Below, in pieces: positions 56,766 to 64,000 of a stretch of 64,000 nt of DNA; the stretch's first letter is position 1; each line of letters begins with the position of its first letter. Below the pieces are notes generated by a model that saw only the letters and a list, made by a program, of their open reading frames with translations, had not been told where the DNA came from and did not search any database. Origin of the DNA: Candidatus Anammoximicrobium sp. (GTDB taxonomy: Bacteria > Planctomycetota > Planctomycetia > Pirellulales > Pirellulaceae); contig JAAYYU010000042.1 in the NCBI GenBank assembly GCA_012515235.1, forward strand, positions 17,122 to 81,121, written 5' to 3'. The position numbers were made by a program, and so were the translations under genes.

Positions 56766-58373
56766 ATGAACTGTGATTTCACGCGCTGCCTCAGGTGTCA
56801 ACCATTCGCTTTGCTGATCGCCCTCGCCCTGGTCGCCGGCGTCGGGTTCGGCGCCGAACCGGTCTTTTTGGCGACGCCGCAGTACGTCGGCCCGCCGCAA
56901 CCCCAGCACGCGGTCACCAACCGCGCTTTTCAGGGCATCCCCAGTCTGGCCGTCACTCCGGGCGGACGGCTCTGGGCGAATTGGTACGCGGGCCACACTC
57001 CCGGCGAAGACCACAACAACTACGTGGTGCTCAGCACCAGCGGCGACAACGGCGCCACTTGGCGCGAGGTCTTGGTGGTGGATCCAGACGGCGAAGGCCC
57101 GGCCCGCACGTTCGACCCCGAACTGTGGATGGCGCCCGACGGAAAACTGCGGATGTTCTGGGCGCAGGCCCAGGGGCACGAGGCCACGCTCGGCGGCGTG
57201 TGGTGCCTGCAGACGGCCGAACCCGAGTCCGAACAGCCGACGTGGGAGGAGGCCGTGCGCGTCACCAACGGCGTGATGATGTGCAAGCCGCTGGTGCTCA
57301 GCACCGGCGAATGGGTGCTGCCCGCGTCCACGTGGCGCAAGACAGACAACAGCGCCAAGTTGGTCGTTTCGACGGACCAGGGCCGGACCTGGACGGTCCG
57401 CGGCGGCTGCAATGTGCCGGTCGCCGACCGCGCGTTCGACGAGCACATGCTGATCGAACGCCGGGACAATTCGCTCTGGCTGCTGGCCCGCACCAGATAT
57501 GGAATCGGCGAGAGCGTGTCCACGGACCGCGGCGTGACCTGGCCCGAACTGACGCCGTCGGCCATCGCGCATCCCAGCGCCCGGTTCTTCATCACGCGAC
57601 TGAGTTCTGGTAACCTGCTGTTGGTCAAGCACGGCCCGATCGACCAACGCATCGGCCGCGCGCACTTGACGGCGTACGTGTCCACGGACGACGGGCGCAC
57701 GTGGGGCGGCGGACTGCTGCTGGACGAGCGCGACGGCGTCTCGTACCCGGACGGTCAGCAGACGGCCGACGGGCTGATCCGCATCATCTACGATTTCAGC
57801 CGCACCGGTTCGCGTCATATCCTGTTGGCCACGTTCCGCGAAGAGGACGCGGTCGCGGGCAAGGCCGTGTCCGACGCCGTGCGTCTGCGGCAGATCATCA
57901 GCGAGGCTTCGGGCGGTCTGCAGAAGCCCCCCGTGGAACCGCCGCCGGTAGCGGCCCACCAGGACGGCGAACCGCTGCGGAAAGAAACCCGCGGCGCGCT
58001 TGACGCCGAAGATGCGCCGGCCCAGCCGCTGGTCGTCGGCGAACTCTTGTTCGCCGACCGGAGCTACGTGCTGAGCGAACTGCCCGCCGCGTTGCAAGAC
58101 GCCCGCTTCCTGCGCGTCAAGTTGGATGGACAGAAGGAAGTGCGTTGCAGCCGCGCCGGAACCGTGTACTTCCTGACCCCCGAACCCGGCCGCAACAAGG
58201 ACAGCCAAACGCAAGCCCTGCTCGACCAGGGGTTCAAAAAGGTCGCCCAGTCGGAGGTCCGTTTGTTCAACCCGGCCAGCGCCGCCAACTTCTGCACGCT
58301 GTACCAGAAGGACTGCGCCGCGGGCGACGTGATCCCCGTGGGCAAGTGGGCGGTGCCCGTGTTTTTCCCGTGA
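56766..58373 (+). CDS. exported BNR/Asp-box sialidase-fold protein (exo-alpha-sialidase-like) with an extra C-terminal domain
   Basis: Start at MNCDF (ATG 56766). Four Asp-boxes: SGDNGATW, STDQGRTW, STDRGVTW, STDDGRTW. Confidence 0.8.
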   Translation: MNCDFTRCLRCQPFALLIALALVAGVGFGAEPVFLATPQYVGPPQPQHAVTNRAFQGIPSLAVTPGGRLWANWYAGHTPGEDHNNYVVLSTSGDNGATWREVLVVDPDGEGPARTFDPELWMAPDGKLRMFWAQAQGHEATLGGVWCLQTAEPESEQPTWEEAVRVTNGVMMCKPLVLSTGEWVLPASTWRKTDNSAKLVVSTDQGRTWTVRGGCNVPVADRAFDEHMLIERRDNSLWLLARTRYGIGESVSTDRGVTWPELTPSAIAHPSARFFITRLSSGNLLLVKHGPIDQRIGRAHLTAYVSTDDGRTWGGGLLLDERDGVSYPDGQQTADGLIRIIYDFSRTGSRHILLATFREEDAVAGKAVSDAVRLRQIISEASGGLQKPPVEPPPVAAHQDGEPLRKETRGALDAEDAPAQPLVVGELLFADRSYVLSELPAALQDARFLRVKLDGQKEVRCSRAGTVYFLTPEPGRNKDSQTQALLDQGFKKVAQSEVRLFNPASAANFCTLYQKDCAAGDVIPVGKWAVPVFFP

Positions 58374-58404
58374 TCGATCCGAGGCTGGAGCGGATTCGGC
58401 CCCC

Positions 58405-58509
58405 TAGCAGCCCGTTCAAAAAAGGGCACGGGCTCCGAGATGCGCTGGAAAAACCGCCCGAAGAACGACTACCGCACGATGCCTGTCTTCTTTTTTCACC
58501 AGGCTGCTA
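58405..58509. repeat. second palindromic element family, copy B (about 105 bp), between convergent genes
   Basis: TAGCAGCCCGTTCAAAAAAGGGC (left) and CTTCTTTTTTCACCAGGCTGCTA (right) are inverted repeats. The left 33 nt match the reverse complement of 27760-27792. The right arm contains the TAG stop of the 58507-59838 gene. Confidence 0.6.
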
Positions 58510-59838
58510 TTCGACGATGGCCACCTCTTGTTGCCTGGTCAATCTGCCGTATTGGTTTTCGCCGATCAGCCATACCTGAACGCGGCCTGGATCGGGAATC
58601 AGGCCGGCCGGAACGGTTACCCTTCCGCTGCGGCGGTCTTCCTCGGTCAGCCACACGTTGTAACGGCCGTAAGGTGGCTTGGGGCTCATCAGCTGCACCG
58701 TGATGACGCTCAGGTTGCCGGCCGTGAATTTGATCTCCCACGGCGCGCTCCGCCTCGGCTGCCCGGCGGGCACGCTGAATTCGAGTTCACACACGGCGAA
58801 CTCGCACGCCTGGCTCAGCGAACCGTCGCTCATGACGCAATGCGCCGTGTAATCGCCGCAGGCGGAAAACAGACGTTCGATGACGCCCTTGCCGTTGGGG
58901 GCGATCTGTTCCACGACCGCATCCCCCCGCTTGACCACCAGCAAGCGGACGCCCTGGGAGTCCTGATCCATCACATTGAACTTGACGGCCTGGTCTTTGT
59001 AGTAGGCGACCCAGTCGCCACGGTCCAGCAGCAGAACGCGGTTGATGGCTGGCGTGGCCGAATCCTCGCCGTAATTCGGAAACAGGTACGATTCCGCCTT
59101 GTTCTGACCGTGCCAGGCGGCGAAGTCGGTGACCCGATACAGTCTGCGGTTTCGGGAGGAAATATGGGAATCAAAGTTGGAGGCCTGGCGAAGGAGGTTT
59201 CGCGTGGTGGGCGGCCAGCTGTCCTCGACGCGGATGGCCTTGACCCTCGCCCCGTCTCTTTCGACCGCGGTCACGAGTTCCACGTGCGAACCTCCGCCGA
59301 CCTTCGCCGGCGGCGTATAAATAATGTCGCCCGGTTCGGCGGCTTGCGCCGATTGCGGCTCGACCAGCACAACCCCCTGGCGGGACTCCGGGCCATGATG
59401 CGAGCTTCGGTAAGGAAGCGCGCACTGCAGGGCGTAACTGGTGAACGTCGAGCAGACCTTGCCGTAGTAGGGCGCGGCGTTGGACACCTTGCCGGACAAG
59501 TTCTCCGTGTACAGCACGCTCTGGGGATTCTGAACGGCGGCCAGGAACGTCTTCAGGTAGATGTCGAAGCCGATGCATCGTCCCACCGTCTTGACGCTCG
59601 AATACGGAACTCCCGTGTATTCGGTTCCTTTTTTGAAATAGCCGCCGCTTCGGTTCGGCAGTCCCTCTGCGACCGGCGTCCATTGCACTCGAGACATGAT
59701 CCGGGCGTACTCGACCGCCTGTTCCTGCCACGCACGTGGACTTGTCTTCGCTTCCTGGGCAAGCAAAAAACCCTGGAAGCAAACGCCAATCGCCAGCGCA
59801 GCGACTACTCCGCCAACACTCCACCGCTTCGTCATCAC
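58507..59838 (-). CDS. exported hypothetical protein (possible papain-like/NlpC-P60-like Cys-His pair; weak)
   Basis: Signal peptide (MMTKRWSVGGVVAALAIGVCFQGFLLA). It has GKVCSTFTSYAL and GDIIYTP..GGSHVELV. The C-terminal half is beta-rich. I do not confidently recognise a family. Confidence 0.55.
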   Translation of the reverse strand: MMTKRWSVGGVVAALAIGVCFQGFLLAQEAKTSPRAWQEQAVEYARIMSRVQWTPVAEGLPNRSGGYFKKGTEYTGVPYSSVKTVGRCIGFDIYLKTFLAAVQNPQSVLYTENLSGKVSNAAPYYGKVCSTFTSYALQCALPYRSSHHGPESRQGVVLVEPQSAQAAEPGDIIYTPPAKVGGGSHVELVTAVERDGARVKAIRVEDSWPPTTRNLLRQASNFDSHISSRNRRLYRVTDFAAWHGQNKAESYLFPNYGEDSATPAINRVLLLDRGDWVAYYKDQAVKFNVMDQDSQGVRLLVVKRGDAVVEQIAPNGKGVIERLFSACGDYTAHCVMSDGSLSQACEFAVCELEFSVPAGQPRRSAPWEIKFTAGNLSVITVQLMSPKPPYGRYNVWLTEEDRRSGRVTVPAGLIPDPGRVQVWLIGENQYGRLTRQQEVAIVE

Positions 59839-60314
59839 CAGTAGCTCTCCTTATCGTCCGCCAACAAATTGGGAAAAATGACCGGAGTGAACGGGCCGAT
59901 TCACTCAGGCTGCTGCCGTGCCGCGACGAGTTTTCGGGCTTGGGCTTTCGACCATTGATCCAAGCGCTCGGCGTACGTCTCGCTGGCGTTCCCGGCCGCG
60001 AAACTTGCTGCCCTCTCTTTCTTCAGCCGTTCCCGCCACGCGGACCATCGTCGCCTCGTCGGCGACGGCAAGCTGCGGGAGCAAACCAGAACGGCCGTGA
60101 GGAGCGTTGCTCACATCGTCGAGTCTCCTTGCGCGAAAATCGCCGCGAAACGTTTGGTCGAATGCCAACGTACTACAGCGGCGGGCACAAGGGAAGATGC
60201 AAACAGGGTCCGGTTCGGCCGTTGCCTGATTGGCGGCAGGGTGTCAGGATGTACAATGCAGCGTTGCGTTGTGATTTGAATTCACCCCCATTCCGCGCCC
60301 CTGGAGGAACTCCG

Positions 60315-61514
60315 ATGAGGAAGCGTTCGTGGATCTGTGCCGCCTTGATGCTGGCCTTCGCTGGTGTGGTCTGTGCGGCCGACGGCCCGCAGTTCACGTT
60401 CAAGAAGATCCGGTTGGAAGACCAATTCTACGCGGAAGGCGCCTACTACGCCGACTTCAATCGCGATGGGAAGCGGGATGTGGTGGCAGGCCCGTTCTGG
60501 TACGAGGGGCCGGACTTCCAGAAGAAGCACGAAGTCCGCCCGCCCAAGACCTTCGATCCCAAAGGTTACTCCGACAACTTCCTCACCTTTACCGCCGACT
60601 TCAACGGCGATGGCTGGGAAGACATCTTCTATGTGCCCTGGCCGGGCAAGGAAGGCTACTGGTACGAAAACCCCGCCGGCAAGAACGCGGCCTGGAAACA
60701 GCGTCTGGCCTTCGGTTGCGTGGAAAACGAGTCGCCGATGTGGGGCGACGTCAACCTGGACGGCCGGCCTGACCTGGTCTTCAATACCGACGGGCGATTG
60801 GGCTACGCGACGTACGATCCGGCCAAGCCGGACGAGGTCTGGAAGTTCCACGCAGTCACCCCCAAGGGCAGCTACCACAAGTACACCCACGGAATCGGTT
60901 TCGGGGACCTCAACGGCGACGGCCGCATCGACATCCTGGAAGGCAACGGCTGGTGGGAACAGCCCGCCAACGCCGCCGACGGCCAGACCTGGACGCTGCA
61001 CCCGTTCAAGTTCGCGGCCGGAGCGGCCCAGATGCTGGTCTACGATGTGAACGGCGACGGGTTAAACGACGTCATCACCGCTTGGCACTGCCACCTGTAC
61101 GGCTTCGTCTGGTACCAGCAGTCGAAGTCGCCCGCTGGCGAAATCACGTGGCAGCAGCACGTCATCCTGCCGTCGCAACCGGATGTCAACAGCAACGAAC
61201 TGCGGATCAGCCAGTTGCATGCCTTCGATCTGGTGGACATGAACGGCGACGGCCTGATGGACGTGCTGACCGGCAAGCGATTCTGGGCGCACGGCCCGAA
61301 GGGCGACGTCGAGCCCGATGCGCCGGCGGTGGTGTACTGGTTTGAGCTGCAGCGCAAAGCGGGTGAGACGCCCCGTTTCGTTCCGCACCTGATCGACGAT
61401 GATTCCGGCGTGGGAACTCAAGTGGCCGCCGCCGATCTGAACGGCGATGGAATCCCCGATGTGATCGTGGGCAATAAAAAGGGAAACTTCATCCACCTGA
61501 GCCGGAAGAAGTAG
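60315..61514 (+). CDS. exported FG-GAP/VCBS-repeat (integrin-alpha-like beta-propeller) protein
   Basis: GGAGG precedes the ATG at 60315 and a signal peptide follows. Six DxNxDGxxD-type loops: DFNRDGKRD, DFNGDGWED, DVNLDGRPD, DLNGDGRID, DVNGDGLND, DMNGDGLMD, plus DLNGDGIPD. Confidence 0.8.
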   Translation: MRKRSWICAALMLAFAGVVCAADGPQFTFKKIRLEDQFYAEGAYYADFNRDGKRDVVAGPFWYEGPDFQKKHEVRPPKTFDPKGYSDNFLTFTADFNGDGWEDIFYVPWPGKEGYWYENPAGKNAAWKQRLAFGCVENESPMWGDVNLDGRPDLVFNTDGRLGYATYDPAKPDEVWKFHAVTPKGSYHKYTHGIGFGDLNGDGRIDILEGNGWWEQPANAADGQTWTLHPFKFAAGAAQMLVYDVNGDGLNDVITAWHCHLYGFVWYQQSKSPAGEITWQQHVILPSQPDVNSNELRISQLHAFDLVDMNGDGLMDVLTGKRFWAHGPKGDVEPDAPAVVYWFELQRKAGETPRFVPHLIDDDSGVGTQVAAADLNGDGIPDVIVGNKKGNFIHLSRKK

Positions 61515-61897
61515 TGATCGGTAATCCGTGATCCGTGATCGGCAATTCGCAATTGGTGTTCGAACTCCCGATAGTGGGGCTGGGGGGCGGGAGACGGCGT
61601 TTGCGGATCACGCTTGGGTTGTGGTGTTGGCCGAGGCGGGCTTCGTGTCCGCGGATCGCCCAACGCCCACGGCGCCAACAACTTACGAAACGCCTGGTCT
61701 GCCGCAATTGGCTTCCACGTTTGGCAATCCACGCACCATCGATGGATCACTCCTCATGGAACCGATCACGGAACAGGAAAGCCTGAATTGTTGCGATCCC
61801 CCTTGTACCGCGACGGCAAATTGGTAAATATAAGCCGTTTCCACGGATACGATTAGGTGCAAGTGGTTACGTCTGGTGCTGAAGGAGAGAGAATTGC

Positions 61898-62506
61898 ATG
61901 GGTCGTTACGCTGGTCCAAAAGCGAGAATTAACCGACGTTTGGGCGCGTTGATTTACGAAAACAGCGGTGCGTCGCGCGCGTTGGAACGTCGCGAGGCCC
62001 CGCCGGGGATGCATGCTCGTTCGAAACGTCCGTCCAACTACGGGACGGCGCTGCAAATGAAGCAGAAGATCAAGCACTATTACGGTTTAGGTGAACGGCA
62101 GCTGCGGCGGAATTTCGAGAACGTCCGGCACAAGGGAGGCGACATCGGCCTGATGCTGCTGCAGTTGTGCGAGCGGCGTCTGGACAACGTGGTTCGCCGC
62201 GCCGGCTTCACCAAGACTCGACCACAGGCTCGCCAGGGCATCACGCACGGCCATTTCCAGGTCAACGGCATCAAGGTGACCAAGCCGTCGTATCTGCTGC
62301 GGCCGGGCGACGTGATCACCGTTCGCAACCGCGAGAATCTGCTCACCGCCTATCGTGGACTGTGCGACCAGGCCCAGGGCGAGCGGTTGGAGTGGGTCAC
62401 CTTCGATCCGGACACCTTGCGGGCCACGGTGCAGGGGAATCCCGGACCGAGTGACATCAGTCTGCCCGTCGATGTCAACATGGTGGTCGAATTCCTGTCC
62501 CGCTGA
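61898..62506 (+). CDS. rpsD: 30S ribosomal protein S4
   Basis: MGRYAGPKARINRRLG..YGLGERQLRRNF..ERRLDNVVRRAGF..TRPQARQGITHGHFQVNGIKVTKPSYLLRPGDVI. AAGGAGAG lies upstream. Confidence 0.95.
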   Translation: MGRYAGPKARINRRLGALIYENSGASRALERREAPPGMHARSKRPSNYGTALQMKQKIKHYYGLGERQLRRNFENVRHKGGDIGLMLLQLCERRLDNVVRRAGFTKTRPQARQGITHGHFQVNGIKVTKPSYLLRPGDVITVRNRENLLTAYRGLCDQAQGERLEWVTFDPDTLRATVQGNPGPSDISLPVDVNMVVEFLSR

Positions 62507-62545
62507 GTGTGCGGTCACAGGGGCGTCGGTCCGATTGCAGCCAAA

Positions 62546-62580
62546 AGCCCGGCTTTCTCCGAAAGGCCGGGCTTGTTTTC
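62546..62580 (+). terminator. rho-independent terminator of rpsD
   Basis: AGCCCGGC (62546-62553) pairs with GCCGGGCT (62566-62573) around a 12-nt loop, followed by TGTTTTC. Confidence 0.7.
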
Positions 62581-62744
62581 GAAAGGGGCCCCTGCGTCCC
62601 GTCACTCGCCTTCGGCAGCCGACCTTGGTATGATGGCGTGGCTGGCGTCGACTGCAGCAAACCGCGGCAGGCATCTGCTGCCGTTCCGTTGCTTTCGATT
62701 GGCAGCCACTTTCTGTTGGCATCTTGGCACCAGGGTTCTTAGCC

Positions 62745-64000
62745 ATGACCCATGCACAATTGGTAGTTCTCGGAGGCGGCCCCGGCGGCTACGCGGCGGC
62801 GTTCTTTGCGGCGGATGAAGGACTCGATGTGGCGATCGTCGAATCCGAGGGCCGGTTGGGCGGCACCTGCCTGCTGCGGGGCTGCATTCCCTCCAAGGCC
62901 CTGTTGCACGTTTCCCGGGTGATCTCCGAGGTTCAGGAACTGAGCGCGGATTGGGGCGTGGAATACCCGCCGCCGAAGATCGATATCGACAAGGTCCGGG
63001 CCCGCAAAGACAAGGTGATCGCCACGTTGACCGGCGGACTGGGGCAGCTGGCCAAACGCCGCAACGTGCGCGTCATCAAAGCCCAAGGAGTTCTGGAGAA
63101 TTCCACGAGCCTGCTGCTGGAGGGCGACGATCCCTCGATCCCCGCAGGGGGCCGAATCACGTTCGACCATCTGATCCTGGCTACCGGCTCGACCCCGGCG
63201 ATGCCGCCTGTCTTCAATCTGGGTTCCGATCGCATCATGGATTCCACCGGAGCCCTGCGTCTGCAGGACGTGCCGCCCCGCTTGCTGGTGATTGGCGGCG
63301 GGTACATCGGCCTGGAAATGGGCACCGTGTACGCGCATTTGGGCTCGCAGGTCAGCGTGGTCGAACTCACTCCCGGCCTGCTGCCGGGCGCCGACCGCGA
63401 CCTGGTTCGGCCGCTGCACAAGCGTCTGAACGAGTTGTTCGGCGACCGCATCTATCTGGAGACCAAAGTTGGCTCGCTCGGCCTGAGCGGCGACGAGGTG
63501 GAAGTCGCGTTCGAGGGGCCGGCCAAGTACGGGGTCGAACGCTACGACCGCGTGTTGGTTTCAGTCGGCCGCCGGCCCGCCAGCCGTGGCCTCGGATTGG
63601 AAACAACCCAAGTCCAAGTCAACGAACGCGGTTTCGTCGTCTGCGATCGCACCCAACGCACGGGCGATCCCCGTATCCTGGCGATCGGAGACGTCGCCGG
63701 CGAGCCGATGCTGGCCCACAAAGCGGCGCACGAGGCCCGGGTCGCGGTCGAGGTTGTGCTGGGCCGCCCGGCGGAATTCGACAAGGCGGCGATTCCGGCC
63801 GTCGTGTTCACCGATCCCGAAATCGCCTGGGCCGGGTTGACCGACGACCAGGCGAAACGCGAAGGACGCCCCGTCGAAGTGGCGATGTACCCCTGGGCGG
63901 CCAGCGGCCGCGCTCAAGCCCTGGGACGCATCGAAGGCCTGACGAAATGGCTGATCGACCCGGAAACCGAGCGCGTCCTGGGCTGCGGCATGGTCGGACC
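62745..64000 (+). CDS. lpdA: dihydrolipoyl dehydrogenase (E3); 3' end runs off the window
   Basis: Not in the track because there is no stop. My translation from the ATG at 62745 reads MTHAQLVVLGGGPGGYAAAFFAADEGLDVAIVE..LGGTCLLRGCIPSKALL (redox CxxxxC), LLVIGGGYIGLEMG, GRRPAS, ILAIGDVAGEPMLAHKA. Confidence 0.9.
   Translation, partial: MTHAQLVVLGGGPGGYAAAFFAADEGLDVAIVESEGRLGGTCLLRGCIPSKALLHVSRVISEVQELSADWGVEYPPPKIDIDKVRARKDKVIATLTGGLGQLAKRRNVRVIKAQGVLENSTSLLLEGDDPSIPAGGRITFDHLILATGSTPAMPPVFNLGSDRIMDSTGALRLQDVPPRLLVIGGGYIGLEMGTVYAHLGSQVSVVELTPGLLPGADRDLVRPLHKRLNELFGDRIYLETKVGSLGLSGDEVEVAFEGPAKYGVERYDRVLVSVGRRPASRGLGLETTQVQVNERGFVVCDRTQRTGDPRILAIGDVAGEPMLAHKAAHEARVAVEVVLGRPAEFDKAAIPAVVFTDPEIAWAGLTDDQAKREGRPVEVAMYPWAASGRAQALGRIEGLTKWLIDPETERVLGCGMVG

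Noticed and set aside
59905-60110. Possible small minus-strand ORF in another frame (..RRRWSAWRERLKKERAASFAAGNASETYAERLDQWSKAQARKLVAARQQPE*) in the 475-bp gap before the FG-GAP gene.
   Set aside because: It reads like a plausible helical peptide, but the only in-frame starts are weak (TTG/CTG) with no ribosome-binding site, and the AAGGAG nearby is followed by ATG-TGA. The evidence is insufficient.
61545-61580. GGTGTTCGAACTCCC resembles a tRNA T-loop (TTCGAA).
   Set aside because: The flanking bases do not form a T-stem (GGTGT versus CTCCC). I could not build an acceptor stem, anticodon arm or D-arm around it.
1-64000. I looked for prophage, integron, transposon, integrase or toxin-antitoxin modules and for compositionally foreign islands.
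   Set aside because: No such genes were recognisable. The only clearly AT-richer stretches are short intergenic or repeat regions (about 27.6 kb, 53.7 kb and 61.8 kb).

Overview
GC-rich chromosomal window with a strongly Planctomycetota-like gene content: a DUF1559 'H-X9-DG' prepilin-like protein with its lipoprotein partner, many exported beta-propeller, BNR, FG-GAP and beta-helix proteins, BatA/VWA membrane proteins and a DUF4912 protein. I can support about 45 protein-coding genes. Recognisable housekeeping genes are ilvD, kdsC, hppA, cinA-like, ispG, holA, a class-I DAHP synthase, folD, cysI-type sulfite reductase, a larE-like PP-loop ATPase, rpsD and lpdA (3' end cut by the window). I found no rRNA, tRNA, CRISPR array, cas gene, transposase, integrase or phage gene. 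Many long ORFs in the track are antisense shadows or 5' over-extensions, and the track also opens ORFs on GTG/TTG. Non-coding structure is the most unusual content. (1) Two about 97-bp palindromic MITE/REP-like elements in direct orientation bracket a 1.3-kb GDSL-hydrolase plus mini-ORF segment, and one of them supplies the last codons and stop of a CHAT (caspase-like) protease gene. (2) A second palindromic element family has copies at about 27.6 kb and 58.4 kb. (3) A cluster of four REP-like hairpin repeats lies at 20.9-21.1 kb. (4) A 30-nt-periodic decapeptide (xAxGGxAxGx) repeat ORF runs out of frame into an orphan, frameshifted sigma-70 region-4 remnant. (5) A candidate structured RNA of about 240 nt, ending in U7, lies just upstream of the larE-like gene. 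(6) kdsC is followed 16 bp later by a 989-aa membrane-anchored protein with repeated LptC/LptA (OstA)-like sequence patterns. All family assignments come from motif recognition by eye, not database searches.
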